A stretch of DNA of 64,000 nucleotides from Octopus sinensis (GCF_006345805.1 NC_043002.1:39928001-39992000); one strand, 5' to 3'. Numbered from the stretch's first letter, positions 1 through 14,479 are shown. A program made the numbers and translations. Notes: generated by a model not told the origin, from the letters alone.

Positions 1-948
1 TAACAAGATAAAGAGATTTCAACAGAAATCTGTCTTGAAAGAATTTATATAAACAAGACAATGAATCATAATTTGCAGTTTCTTCTTTTCAATACAATAA
101 ATTATACATAAAGCAAAGATCCCTTCGAAAAATATGTGGCACTACTACTAAACTTGCAAGCAGAAGAGGGTGGGGGACATTCTTTGTCAAATGGTTTATG
201 CTGGAAAAATCAAGCTGAAATAGAGGAACGTTGCAGATGATTTTTAGTTGCTGTAAACAACCATATACTTTCATAAGACTTATTTTCAGATGTAATAAAA
301 TTCTTTACTACACACACACAGTTAAAATGAAAGAGAGAGAGAGAGTAAACAGACAGAAACTGAGACAGAGAGTAGACAACAGACAAACGATAGATAGATA
401 GATAGATAGACAGACAGACAACCAGTTAGACAGACAGACAGACCGATGGATATAACAGGAAATATTTAGCATTTTTATCAATGTCTGTTAGAGTTTTATT
501 AGTTAATTTATGCTACAGTTAACAAGTTTGACAAGTAAATTTAGTGTTGGTTAAGGTCAATTTCTTAATTTTTTGTATTTCTCTTCCTTTCCTTTGGGAA
601 ATCTATTTATTCTCTTAAAATAAAATATACAATGGAGAATAGTGTATTTGTGGACTTGAAGAACAATGTAAAGAACCGGCTTCCCATTTGACGTCAGTCT
701 AAAAATAATATCAATTTTAGAGTTTAGCCTTCTGCTTTCATAAATGTTTCAAACATTAATTGCTTCAACAGTAATCAATGAAACAAAAGAACAAAAAGAA
801 AAGAAAATGTTATGGTAACCATTTTACTGTGAAAAACTAAATAATATTCGCCCCAAATTTCATTACTCAACCACAGAAAGCTGTTTTATATACCAGTTCA
901 TCTTTTGTCGAGGAATGTCATGTTTGAAAGTATATTCTTTTGAGATAT

Positions 949-1537
949 AGGCTCAGACATGGTTGTGTGGTAAGAAGTTTGCTTCCCAACCACATGGTTG
1001 CAAGTTCAATCCCATTGTGTGGTATCTTAGTCAAGTGTCCACTACTATAGCCTCAGGCCAACCAAAGTCTTATGAGTGGATTTGGTAGAAGAAAACTGAA
1101 AGAAGCCTGTTGTACACGGCAGAACCGTTAGCACGCTGGGCGAAATGTGTAGCCGTTACGTTCTGAGTTCAAATTCCGCTGAGGTCGACTTTGCCTTTCA
1201 TCCTTTCAGGGTCGATAAATTAAGTGCCAGTTACGCACTGGGGTCGATGTAATCGACTTAGTTCGTTTGTCTGTCCTTGTTTAGCCCCTTGTGGGTAATA
1301 AAGAAACATATATATATATATATGCACGTATATATGTGTGTTTTTGTGTCTGTGTTTGTTTACTTGCCCCACTGCTTGACATCTGGTGTGTTTACATCCA
1401 CATAATTTAACAGTTTAGCAAAAGAGAATAAGTTCCAGGCTTAAAAAAGTACTGGGGTCTATTCAACTAAAAATTTGTCAGGGCATTGCCCCAACATGGC
1501 CGCAGTCTAATGACTGAAACAAGTAAAAGATAAAAGA
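949..1537 (+). mobile_element. SINE family A (tRNA-like head, GGATTTGGTAGA...GAAACTGAAAGAAGCC core, ACAAGTAAAAGA tail), with a family B SINE nested at ~1117-1306
   Basis: The same head, core and tail recur more than 15 times in the window. Confidence 0.85.
1117..1306 (+). mobile_element. SINE family B (tRNA-derived; B-box-like GAGTTCAAATTC; GTCGACTTTGCCTTTCATCC core)
   Basis: Near-identical to the copies at 5962-6195 and 48545-48749. Confidence 0.85.
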
Positions 1538-1765
1538 ATATAGAAGAAATATGTTAAGTTTAATGAAGCAACATGACTTGCAGAAAATACCAGTTCTATT
1601 TTTTGGTAGATTGGTAGATACTTACTGATTGTTGCTGGAATAACAATGAAATTAAATTTCACTGTTAAAAGGTTAAAGAAATAGAAAAAAAGTTTGTTCT
1701 CAAGTTCAGCAAATAATTTTATTCTTGGTTAAGATCAGTTTTTTATTCATAAATATTTGGATATT

Positions 1766-2128
1766 GAAGTGACTGGCACCTGTGCCGGTGGCACTTAAAA
1801 TGCACCGCTCGAGCGTTGAACCACATGGAGCCAGTGACAGGTGATCAAGACCACTGGCAGTATACCATGCATGTGTAGACCCGTCAAGCCAAGTAAGACC
1901 ATAGTCTTGGCTGATGCCTGTGTGAAATCAATGGCACCCATGCCAGTGGCACATAAAAACACCCACAACATTCTCAGAGTGGCTGGCATTAGGAAGGACA
2001 TCCAGCCATAGAAACCATGCCAAATCAGATCAGAACCTGGTGCAGCTCCCCAACTTACCACCTTTCAGTCAAACTATCCAACCCATGCCAGCATGGAAAA
2101 CAGACGTTAAATGATGATGATGATGATG

Positions 2129-2130
<2 letters not shown>
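1766..2130 (+). mobile_element. RTE-LINE 3' end or RTE-tailed SINE (family C) with (GAT)n tail
   Basis: AGGAAGGGCATCCAGC...CCCATGCCAGCATGGAAA...(GAT)n. The same tail follows the RTE RT fragment at 10680-11965. Confidence 0.75.
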
Positions 2131-2176
<46 letters not shown>

Positions 2177-5100
2177 TTCATGTTACATATTATTTATTAT
2201 TCATGAAAAATTCAAATTTTCTAAGAATATCATTCTAGATAGGCATATACAAAATCAGTATATGCACATATATGAAGGGCACACAAGGTGTGATTAAGGG
2301 GTTTGCTTCCCAACCATGTGGTTTGGGATTCAGTCCTACATTGCAGCAACTTGAGAAAGTGTCTTTATTATCACCTCAGGCTGACTGAATCTGGTTGACA
2401 CTCTCTTCATCCATCCTTGCTCCTTCTATCCAGCTTTTCCTTCTAGTTCTATTGCTCCTAGGGCCCACCCTGGTGCTTAGTCACCACTATATTTATCTCT
2501 CCTTCCAACTCCACACCAATTACTTTCACTTGCTCATTTATGATGTGAGCAGCCAAATATCTTTTCTACAGTAAGAAACCTGTTCAGGCCCCTTCCTTCA
2601 TACTCTAACCTTTCATCACCTAGCATAACGCTGCCTCCTTCAGTACTGTAGCCCCACTCAGAGAGGGAGATTTTAGTCTTGAAAGATTCAAAAGCGCTGG
2701 TGCCACAAAGAATTCACACAGCACACTTTATAAAGCAATTTGCATTAGGAAGGACATACAGCTATAGAAACATGCCAAAGCAGACATTGTGAAACTACCC
2801 AATCCAGCATGGTGGAGGGATATTAAATGATAATGATGTGTGTGTAATGATTTTTAAAATATTTTTATGCTCAGAGATTATGTAGTAGAATATCAAAGAT
2901 AAGTTTTTAAGTAAGTATCTATGCTGTGGAAAGTAAACAGTTATGAATGTATGTCCTTATTTTCTTCATAAACAGAAAGCTAATGTTAGCAAAGTGAATA
3001 ACAAAATGAATTCACTTTTGTTTACTTTCCACAGTGTAGGTGTTATGAACTGTAGTCTTACTAGTTTAAATTTATCTTAGATTTTCTAATTCATGCTGTC
3101 TGAGCACAGAAATATTTCAAAATACTTATCATACATGATATTCGTTCTATATGTCTCTGAAGATGACCAGATTAGCAACTTTACTTGTTGTGGACTGGTT
3201 TCTGAGATAGTTTATAAAACTAATATTAGAATAAAATCCATGGTTACAGTTGGGGTACATAATAACAAAGTCATGACCTAGTAGGACTCTTACTTTTCAT
3301 ACAGCTCTCCTCTCTTTAGTTTTCTAGATAATTTCTAATTCTGACTACTATAGCCTAGAGTTTGTAGTACTTTGCCATAGTTATGTACGACCGTATTTAC
3401 CATGTCTGTGTACACTGTGGAAATAGTCCTGGGAGAAAATTCTCTTCACAGACAAAATGTGTGAAAAAGCATTGGGCTATAAATGATGTCATCAGATCAT
3501 AAACACATGCATTTCTGCATCATTGCATGTCATCAGCTACAAATTCCAAATTCATCTTTCACAGCTCTATAAGAACAGCCATTCTTATTTATAATAACAG
3601 CAAATAGTACATCTACTGATGTTTTTAAAGCTTGTTCAAGTTGGAATTAAATAGCTAGCAGTACACAAAACAGTGTTGAATAAAATATAATCATGTACAA
3701 CTATATTTAACATGTTTGTGTGCTCTCAGACATGACTGGACCTTTCACTGCAAAAATAGTCTCAGGAGAAAATTCTCCTCATGGACAAAATGCATAAAAA
3801 CACAATGGGCTATGATTGGCATTATCAGATAGTAGGATGAATGCATTTTTGCATCAATGCATGCCATCAGCTATGAATAACGAATTTGTCTTTCAGAGTT
3901 CTTATATCATATGATATCAGGCAGACACAGTCTTGCATTCATTGAACGTTCATAGATGTAACTCATTGTATCTTATTCGATAACTTGAAATAAGATTTAT
4001 GCCAATGAAAATTCAGTGAATGTGGGACTGAGTCCAGCTGTTAATATACAACAAAAGGACTCTGAAGATGAATTTGGTATTCATAGCTGACAACAGGATC
4101 AAGTGAAGTTGTTAATACACACACACACACACACACACACTTAGAATGCCTTTAGTAAATTAGGGAAGATGAAAGAGGCTAAATCAGTTTATACTCATGT
4201 ATATATTATATATGTAACACATACATGCATATATATTATATATACACATACATATAATAGAAATTGGATGCAACATGATGATTAAAATAAATACATTCAT
4301 GCATGCATGTACACACACATACACACATATTGTGTGTATTCTGGTTTTAGAGTAAGTAGATATGCCTGAAAAGGTAAAATGAAGATCCTCCAACCATCTC
4401 AGGAAACTCACCCAGCCCATGGCTGCATAGAAAGGTGCATGTACAACCATAATGATGATGGTTTTACATGCACACACACACACACACGCAAACAAACACA
4501 CACACACAAACACACATGCACTTATACATTTGTATATAAGTTCTGAACAGAAGCTCCCTTTTATCTTATCATTGTGATAGTAATCTCTTACAAAGTATTA
4601 ATATTATTATCATAAACTCCTGCGGTTGTTCATATCCAGCTTTCTAGTAATAATCTCTTCCAGGCGATTCAGCGAAGAAGACAAGACTTTAATAGTTTGA
4701 CAAATTTCCAGTCTGCACACTACAATTTAATAGTCACAGTGGCTAATATTGAATTTGTTGGCAGCCATGTCAAATTACAGCCTTGAATAAAAACAAAAAC
4801 AAGAAGGCATGACACATTATGGAAATATATTTTCCAGTTTCTACATAGTTCACAAAATATAAATGATCGGAGAGGCTCTGTTTTGCATGAACATGAATTA
4901 ATGAAAGTTTATTTCATCTTTAAACAACACAAGTTATTGTTGTTGTGGTGGTGGTGGTGGTGATGGTTTAACCCTGCAACCCCTCCCAGCTCATACCAAA
5001 TCATGTAGACTGAGTAGACCTATGATTAAAGGCATTTAGGGTATGACCATCCAGTCTATGTTTTCTTTTCCCCAAGATAAAATGTTTTAAAAACTACAAT

Positions 5101-5619
5101 ATCCAATATACACTGCTTTTTCTATTTTTTTCGATAGACAATCATGTGTGCTTTGAAGGAGATTTGGCTGCTATTTCTAGCAAGTCAAGTAATCACATAG
5201 AAACTCTCACAGCTGTAATTTATATAGCTTATGGGTGCCTAGTGGGGGAGAGGAAACTCAAAGGCTGCCTCAGGCAGCATACATTCCCACTACTTCACAG
5301 AATATAAATAAGAAAAGACATACAGTTCTCTCTGTATGTCTTTTAATTGAAATAAATGATATCTCCCTCTTAATTGTTTAATTTTTAAGTTGATGAATGA
5401 TATTTCAAATTAAGCCAAAAATATATTTTATTTGGTGTTGACTGATGTCCAAAATGGAGGAACCCAATGTAGAATGATGAGTGTGAGACTACTACCCTAA
5501 ATTATTATATGTAAAGAAAATATAATTAGTCTTGTTGATATTCTAAAAATTTATAAAAGTCAAGAGAACAGGAAATAATTTTGGATCTCAAAGCCATGGA
5601 TCTCAAAGCAGACAAATAG

Positions 5620-5829
5620 TTCTTTCTATTATAAGCATAAGGCCTGAAATTTTGGAGGAGGTGGGTAGTTGGCTACATCGACCCTAATGTCCAAATGGTA
5701 CACTTTTTATTGACCCAGAAGGATGAAAGGCGAAGTCGACCTTGGCAGAATTTGAACCCAGAATATAGTCAGACGAAATACTGCTGAGCATTTTGTCCGA
5801 CATGCTAACGATTCTGCCAGCTTACCACT
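5620..5829 (-). mobile_element. SINE family B
   Basis: Reverse complement of the family B core (GGATGAAAGGCGAAGTCGACC). Confidence 0.8.
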
Positions 5830-5833
5830 TTAA

Positions 5834-6288
5834 CCCTCTTGATACCAACCCAGCTGAAACCACCTCTGGCTCTGTAGTAAGTTCATAAGTTTTGAATTAA
5901 AATCTTCCACAAACCTTAGTCTGAATTTATGTTCTTAATACCAGCTTAATGGTAACTAAGTCAAGGTGGCGAGCTGGCAGAAACGTTAGCACGCCGGATG
6001 AAATGCTTAACGGTATTTCGTCTGCTGTTACGTTCTGAGTTCAAATTCCGCTGAGGTCGACTTTGCCTTTCATCCTCTCGGGGTCGATAAATTAAGTACC
6101 AGTTACGCACTGGGGTTGATATAATCGACTTAATCCATTTGTCTGTCCTTGTTTGTCCTCTCTGTGTTTAGCCCCTTGTGGGTAGTAAAGAAATAGGTAA
6201 CTAAGTTATTTTACTAAATTCTTTGTTATATTTAAAATTAATTGAAAGAAACACAGAGCATTTCAAAATAAATACGTTAACAAAAGGG
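5834..6288. mobile_element. piggyBac-type MITE (TTAA TSD, CCC...GGG ends) carrying a nested SINE
   Basis: TTAA at 5830-5833 and 6289-6292. The body is homologous to the MITE at 57998-58199. Confidence 0.8.
5962..6195 (+). mobile_element. SINE family B, full length with 11-bp TSD
   Basis: GGTAACTAAGT at 5951-5961 and 6196-6206. Confidence 0.9.
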
Positions 6289-7479
6289 TTAAAGCAGATA
6301 GATAACCTTTTCGGTTATAGGCACAGCGCCTGAAATTTTGGGGGTGGGGGCTAGTCAGTTACATTGACCCCTGGTGTGCAACTGGTGTTCTTTTTATCGA
6401 CTCTTAAAGGATGAAAGGCAAAGTCAACCTTGGTGGAATTTGAAGTAGATAGATAGAAGCATATGAAATTGCATTAAAAAACCCTTAGGAAAAATCAAAG
6501 GCTGCTCATGACCTGTGAACCCACATCTCCTATAAACGTGACAGAGGTTTCCAAATGGACCAAAGCAACTGATTTTTTTACATACTGGCAGTGTTCCAGT
6601 ACGGCCACAGTCTTAGGGCTGAAACATGCAAAAGAATAAATGAATACTATTGTTTATATCTTCCTCATAAAGTGGTAAGTTGGCAGAAACTTCAGCATGC
6701 TGGACAAAGTGCTTAGCAACATTTCATCTATCTTTTATGTTTTGAGGTCAGCAGGCCTAAAATTTTGTGGGGAGAGGACTAGTTAATTACTTTAACCCCA
6801 GAGCTCAACATACTTTCATTTGACCAATACAAACATAGGTAAGTAGATGATGATGATGATTGTTCAATAACCAACACTCCTACACTGCTAAGCTTCTAGG
6901 TTGTCACAGCTGGAATACCTTTGATCAAGATTGATCTGATGTTAAACCACAATAAATACACCTACATATTTGTTCTTTAATGAGGTCAAATATGTGGGTG
7001 AGAGAGTGAGAGATTCTACATGGTTGCTCAGCTTGCTAGAAATAGTAACCAAATCTCCCTCAAATTATATGCTATCTTCTTAGAAAAAAATACATTGGAT
7101 AATACGGTCCTGGGTTCCTTGCAGATAGGGGGAAAAAAGGATGGTTGCAGAAGGAATGCCTTTGATTATAGGTCTGCTTCATTAGTTCTGAACAACAACT
7201 TAAAGTGAGCTGTTAACTCAATGTGTTGTTAATTCATAAAATTCTATTGAAAAAAAAAAATCAATCATTTCAGTTTAGATTGTCGGAAGTGACTGAATCA
7301 ACACCTCAGTTTCCTTATATTCCAGATTTACGAAGACAGGCACAATAGATTGTCACATTAAATGAATTGCAGTATTCCATTACTTTTCTTTATGTTCTGA
7401 GTTCTGAGTTCTGAGTTCAAATCCCTCCAGAGTCAACTGCCTTCCTTTCATCTTTCAGATCAATGGTATCTACGCAGAA

Positions 7480-7825
7480 TATTCAAGATAGAATCACAAA
7501 CACTGAAGTCCAGAGAAGAGCCAATCTGTGCAGCCTAGAGCAAATTGTAGTGGAAAGAGGAGTGAAACGTGTGAGTTATGTTTTCCAGTTGCCAGAAGGA
7601 CAAATACCTAAGACAGATATATAATGGGTACTACCAGGGGGACAAAAAAAGCGAGGGAGAGCTAAAATGACATGGTGTGCCACCTTCAAAGACACTCTGA
7701 AGCAACTTAGCATCACATGGGAAGGTGCAGGTGACTATGCTAAAAATAAAAGGGATTATTGGAGATGTGTTGCTGCCCAATGTACTGGCCAACTTTACAG
7801 AAAGAACTAAGGCTCACACTAAAAC
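7480..7825 (+). mobile_element. RTE-clade LINE C-terminal RT remnant
   Basis: Translates to DRITNTEVQRRANL...LPEGQIPK...WVLPGGQKKRGRAKMTW, typical of the RTE ORF2 end. In-frame stops present. Confidence 0.7.
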
Positions 7826-8059
7826 AACAGCCTTCTTTTCATCCTTCAGGCCCTCTAGAGTTAACTGCCTTCCTGTCATCCTTCGATGTGTATGTATGGA
7901 ATGGGATGGAATCAATCAATAAAGTCAATTACTTTCCTATAAAGAATCTTAATTTTGAATGAATTATTATAGAAGACTATACTCTCAAAACGCAGTGAAG
8001 TTAGAATTTCTGTATGAGTTTATTATTTTTTATTTATTTATTGGTTTGGCAGAAAAGAT

Positions 8060-9140
8060 TATTACCCATGACCTTCTAAGGTCCTCTTAGATAGTGCAAT
8101 GTCATTCATGTTCCTCTTGAACCTTTGTAAGTCAACACCTGTGGGAAATCCATAAGCAAAGAGGGACTTCCAAAACGCTAACATTAGTGATTAGTACAGA
8201 GTCTGGTGGGTTGGGCATAACAAGGATGGTTGAAGCCATTATAGTGGAGAAAGAAAAAAATAGAGAAGAGACAGTGCACAGATTTGTGGTCTGAGGTTGG
8301 AGCATATCTGTGAATGATTTTATGCCATTCCGTCTGGTAGCCCTTTTCTGGAAGCAGTCAAGCATATCTGTGTATGTTGCAGTTGCAATATCTCATATAT
8401 GAGAGCAATACTCTATTGTAATATATACCTGAACTTTCTGGAATGTCAATAATTGCTGGGGGATGAAGTATCTTCTTGACCTGGAGAGAAGGGCCAGTTG
8501 TTGGGATGCAGTCCTAGCTATGTTAAAGATGTTCTTTCACCAGGAGAGATCTTTAGTGATAGTAAGATCAAACTTTTGGAGTCATTGAGAGATTTCTAAT
8601 TGCATACTGCCCATAGTTAGGAGGGATGGGATATTATGGGTTTTTTTTTTTTCTATGAGTAGTGTTTGTGTTTTCTTACTTTTGGAAGAAACAAGAATGA
8701 CAATTGGAGGAAATTTTTGAGTATCTGTTCATAGTCATTACAAGTTTGGCAAGTGGTATCTAGGTTACAAGTAGATGATGCATGGATGGGGAAAGTAAGG
8801 GAACGCTGAGTGGAGTGTCATCTACATAAGAACAAGTGGTGTTGGACACAATGGCAGATAAGTCATTGATGCATAGAAGGAAAAGAGTGGGTGACATGCC
8901 AGAAATGGTAAAATTATAGGCAGAAAGTGCTCTGTGAATATAAGCCAAGATAGTGGTATCTTATAGGAAGCTACCAATCTAAAGATTTGTATCCAAATAT
9001 AGTCAAAAACTTTATGTGGATGGCAACAACGTTGCTTTACTAAATTTCTCCAAGACATATGTCCACTGGTAGGTAACAAAAAGGAGTAAATCACTGGTAG
9101 ATCTGGCTTTATAGAAACCATACTGGTGGTTGTTAAGTTG
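8060..9140 (-). mobile_element. Degenerate Jockey/CR1-like LINE reverse transcriptase remnant
   Basis: ORF fragments SPTLFLLCINDL...CSYVDD (RT motifs B/C) and LDCFQKRATR. Confidence 0.75.
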
Positions 9141-9769
9141 CACCAATATCTGCATCTAAATGTTTGTGTTTGTGTTATGAAAGTATCAATAATTAAATTA
9201 CAATGAAGGTGTTGCTTGTTACTTTTTAAAGAGATATTTTAGAGAAAAGATTGTTCTTTTTCTATTCTTTAACTCTTACCTGAAACAACTTCGGGTTGTG
9301 ATACAAAATCTGTTTTAAAGAATTCACATTCCATCATAATTAGATTTTATAAATGAAACCTTTATTAAGTTACATTCTAAATATCTTGATATTAAAAATT
9401 TTAGTTATTCTGTTAACTTTCCTCAAATCCTGGAATATTTCAAAACTCAGCTGAACAACAAAGGAGTGTATGTATATTTCATTAGAAATATGAGCATGAA
9501 TGGATTAAAACTAAATGTATTAAATATATAAATAAAAATATCATGCTTGCAGTAAATTTTGCAATTTTTCATACACAGCAAACTGACACGCTTGCATAAA
9601 TTATGTAAACAAATAAAAAGTTTTTGACATATTTCACAGTAAAATATATACAGAGCATATTTTTGGATGGGTTGACAGACTGATGGGATGTTTACTAAAC
9701 AACATAGGTTGATTTTTGCTTTAAACGATTAGTCTAACATTGCTTAGTTTGTAATAAAATAAATATGTG

Positions 9770-10180
9770 CAAACAGACCCAGGAAGACATGGGACAAGGT
9801 GGTGAAACATGGTCTATGGATGTTGAGTCTACAGAGGCAATGACAAGTGATTGAGACCATTGGTGATTTGCTGTGCTTGAGAAGACACGTCAAGCCCAGT
9901 GAAATTGTAGTTGGTGTCAGTGCTGGTGACACATAAAAGGCACAGGTGCCAGTGACACACAAAAGGTACCCTTGCTGGTGATATGTAAGAGGCACCATGC
10001 CAGTGACATATAAAAGGCACCCACTACTTTCGTGGAGTGGTTGGTGTTAGGAAGAACATCCAGCTGTAGAAACCAAGCCTGATCAGATTGGAGCTGGGTA
10101 CAGCTCTCCAGCTTACCAGCTCTCCATGTCTAATCCATGCCATCATGGAAAACGGATGCTAAATGATGATGATGATGATG
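9770..10180 (+). mobile_element. RTE 3' end (family C)
   Basis: CCCAGGAAGACATGGGA...GAGAAGACACGTCAAGC, internal repeats and a (GAT)n tail. Confidence 0.75.
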
Positions 10181-10679
10181 AAGACTGCACCCCAGCTGAA
10201 TTTTGCCCAACATACCTTCAGTCAGAAGAGTTTTAGTAATATTTTACATTGATATATTTTATTATTTCAAAATATAAAAACTTCTGCACTGAATTTAAGC
10301 CTTTCTTACTTGATTCTAACTGACTTTTTCATTCTGTCTTCATTCTTGTATATTTACAAATTAATGGGTTAATACACCATAAAATATTTGTAACTAACTC
10401 ATCAAATTAACAGCAGGTTGGGTTTGGTTGGTTTATATTTTCTCACTTTAGCCCTTCATCCTTATGCAAAGGCCATCGATGACTTTCCTCCACACAGGCT
10501 GTCTTTTCTGCTTCTCTCCAGTTGGAACCCTGTTTGTTCAGCTCTGTCTTAGTATCCCTTGTGGTCATCTGTTTCCCTGAAGGAAGGCCTTCATCACCCA
10601 AGTCTTGTTGGTTTTGAATTGTCATCAATATGTCAAAAAGATGCAGGTAGAAATTCCATACTGTGCACTCAATGCAAGC

Positions 10680-11965
10680 TATGGACACATAAGAAGTGCA
10701 ATGGAATCACAGGAAGGTTAACATAAAAAGCAGTTTTTGCCTGTGGTAAATGTGCAGGTACAATGAACACTAAGGATGTGCAGGAAACAGACTTCCATAA
10801 GTGTGTAAGGAGATCATTGGAGGTAGTAGATAGTTTTTGTTACCCAGGTAACCAAATTAGTAGTGGTGGATGTTACTCTGAAAGCAGCCTCCACTACTAG
10901 AATAAGAACTAGCTGGGCAAAGTTCAGAGAGCAATTACCTTTGTTGGTCACAGAGGGCCTCTCCTTCAGAGTTAAAAGACTAAGTGTGTGATGCCTGTGT
11001 ACAGACAGCTGTACTACATGGCAACAAAACATGGGTTGTGACTGCAGAGGACATGAGAAGGCTTGAAAGCAATGAAGCCAGCATGCTTTACTGGAAGTGC
11101 AATGCCAGGAGTATATGTTTTTAGAGAGAAATTGGATATAAGAGGCATCAGTTTTAGTGTGCAAGAGAGAAGACTGCGTTGGTATGGTCATGTGATGCAT
11201 ATGGATGAGAACACCTGCATAAAGAGGTGCCAATTTCTAAATGTGGCGGGAACTTCTGGAAGAAGAAGATGCATGAAGATGTAGGATGAAGTGGTGAGAA
11301 ATGGTCTTTCGATTTTGAGCCTTACAGAAATTATGAAGACTGAGACAACTGGTGATATGCTGTCCTTGAGAAGACATGCCCAGCAGATAAAACTCCATGT
11401 CCATGATCCCCCTACTACCCCACAACTCACTTATGTTCACCACCAATAATTCCCCCACTTACCTCCATTTTCCCTCACACGTCCACCTACTTGCGCATAA
11501 TATGTCCCAGTTAAATCCCTTCCCCTCACCTTTAGTTTCCATTCTTCTTTCAAAATTTTGTGAACTCACCCACTGATCCATGCTCTTCAGTCCCTGATCC
11601 ACTCCAATGTATACACTGCCCTGTAAATTAGGTGTAGAGCCCCTGATCCCTCTGTCACATTTTCACCATCTTTCTCTCTTCTCCATCTGAGGTAGTTGTA
11701 TCTCTCTTCAAATACAAGACAACTTTCTGTCACTCAGTTGAAGGATCTTGTCCAGCAAGTTATTTGGTGACTTTACTGCTGTGGGTACCATGTAAGAATC
11801 ACCCAGTGCCCTTTGTAAAGTGGTTGGTGTTGTTAGGAAGGGCTGTAGAAATCATGCCAAAACAGACAACAAAGCGTGGTGTAGTTTTCTGACTAGCCTG
11901 TTCCCATCAAACTGTCCAACCCATGCCAGCATGGAAAATGAGCATTGAACAACAACAACGATGAC
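10680..11965 (+). mobile_element. RTE-clade LINE, 5'-truncated and degenerate (RT C-terminus plus 3' UTR)
   Basis: LEVVDSFCY...RIRTSWAKFRE...SVQERRLRWYGHVMHMDE motifs, followed by the family C tail. Confidence 0.85.
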
Positions 11966-13724
11966 GCAGTTGACAAACATGTGTGTGTGTGTATTTATAT
12001 ACATATAATATGTACAATATATGTATGTATATACATGCATGCATACATACATACATACATAGAGAGAGGGTGAAAGTAAGAAAGAGGAAAGGAAAGAAAA
12101 AGAAAGTGAAGTACATTTATATGGATGCATGTATGTATGCATTAGAATCTCTACGAATAAAGATTAGTTCTGTGTTAATTGTATGTAGAAATTCCCCTAG
12201 AGTCATACACACACGCAAATTCTAAAAATAATTAACAGTCTAAATCTTTATCCACACATTTTCTAAAATCTCATTTATCTTAAGATTACCCCTTATAATA
12301 ACCTTCACATTAAACAAGCCATATGATTTTGTTTTAAGGCCAACTTCCTAATCTTCAGAAAATATCTTTTGAAAAGCACTGTAACCATACATATATCAGA
12401 TTTGATATTTTATTTCTATTTGGGTTAAACCAGCAGGTGGATGTTGAATTAAAAACATAACAAAGGAGCTTTCTGTTTCACAGTAAATTACTGAAGGGAA
12501 GGGACAGAAAGTCAGCACATAACAGTGGTAAGCTCGTCAAAATAGAAGCATTTTATGCTACAGGGAGACATCAATACAATATATACTCTCTTTACACACA
12601 CACACTCTGTATATTAATACTTACACAGAATATGCAATGGCCTTGAAAAAAGACAATAACAGAGTCTCTCTGTGGTCGTTTGACCTGCTAGAAATAATTT
12701 CAATATGCCCCTCAGTCACACCCAACCATTTAAAAAGATGGGTAATTGATAAAGTCATTACATTGCTGGATAGAATACCCCACGATATTTATTCTCATTT
12801 TCTGCTCTTTGAGTTCAAATCCCACCGAGTTCGACTTTGCTTTTCATCATTTTGGGGTTCGGGTGGTGGGAAGGGTTGATAAAAACAGTGCTGATCCAGA
12901 AAGGAGGATTAGCAGAACCATAAGAATATTAAGCTAAATGTCTTGAGGATATTTTCCTTTTTGATATTTTTTTCTGGCTCTATATCTCTTGAGCTCAATT
13001 CTTGTCATGGCCTAATTGGGTGGTAGACTTAATCCATTGCCCAGATAAAACTACCACCAGGCACTCTTCTCTTCTGACGAAGAAATTAAAAACAAGATTT
13101 TTTTTCAAACCAGATGGGTATTTTAAATAATTTCATTTTAGATATTCCTAAAAGAATAGGATGATTACTGCTGAAATGCATTTGACTATATATTTACAGC
13201 ATTAAACAACACCCCAGATTTAGGTACTGGAGAGACAGAGCAATTTTTTATGATGGTCTCATTACCCAGTGTTTGCTTCAGTTCTAGGCCTGCTGGGTTC
13301 CATTAACTCAGTGTTGCTTTTGGCATTTCACTCCTTTTAAATCTAACTGAAACAAATTACTTGTATTAGACAGGGTTCAAACATTAACAGTATATTCCCA
13401 CCCTTTAGTCATGCTTTTTTCTAAAACAGTAAGGTGTAATTTAAGAAAGACTTGGGTGTTATATCTAGCAAGTCAAGCGACTCAGTAGAGGTTTCCGCAT
13501 TAATTCAACAATTTAAAATGAGTGATTTAGAGCATGATATAACTAAGGGCAGTCTCAGGTAGGTTGGTATGAAATAGATTAAAAAGGGAGTAAAAAATGA
13601 GTGAATTGGTTACACTAAGTATATAATACATAAGTGCACACATACATACACACAACCATACATATACGCACTCACATACACAGCTAGACATGCAGACATA
13701 TGCATTTTAATCTTTTCTTGTATT

Positions 13725-14096
13725 ACTCTTTTACTTGTTTCAGTCATGCTAGAGTACCGCCTTTAGTCGAGCAAATTGACCCAAGGACTTATTCTTTGTA
13801 ACCCTAGTACTTATTCTATCAGTCTTTTTTGCTGAACCACTGAGTTATGGGAACATAACACACCAGCATTGGTTGTCTAGCGATGTTGGGTGGACAAACA
13901 CAGACATACAAGCACATATATATATACACATACATATATACGACCGGCTTCTTTTTAGTTTCTGTCTACCAAATCCACTCACAAGGCTTTGGTCGGCCCG
14001 AGGCTATAGTAGAAGACACTTGCCCAAAGTGCCATGCAGTGGGACTGAACCCAGAACCATGTGGTTGGTAAGCAAGCTACTTACCACACAGCCACT
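13725..14096 (-). mobile_element. SINE family A
   Basis: Reverse complement of the family A consensus. Confidence 0.85.
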
Positions 14097-14479
14097 GAGA
14101 AAAAGAAAATGGAAAAACTGGCATATAGACATCAATTTATTAGAACATAATACAATTCTGAACAATATCAAACTCAATTTCACCTACAATTGTTTCCATA
14201 TCCTTGATTTAGTTATATATGTATATATGTGTGCGTGCATGTGTGAATTGGTATACACATTCAATTTTAATCATTTCTCAACAGCATGAAAAATAAGTCT
14301 GACTCCCAAACTAATTTTTAACTCTTGCTGGCAGATAGATGAAACTAAATACAGTAATAAAGCATTCTAGAGCCCCCATGCTCTACTGGTTATGCTGTCT
14401 GCACTGATGTACCAAATAACTAAAATGTGACTATGGGTGGGGAGAGAGCAATAGACCAACAGAGAGAAAGAGACTACAG

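Noticed and set aside
79-240. Possible terminal exon after TTTGCAG
   Set aside because: Short open frames with no recognisable homology.
4664-4786. Acceptor-like TCTCTTCCAG followed by a 40-codon open frame (AIQRRRQDF...)
   Set aside because: No recognisable protein similarity and no partner exons.
5962-6060. tRNA gene-like A/B boxes
   Set aside because: SINE head without a full cloverleaf, continuing into the repeat body.
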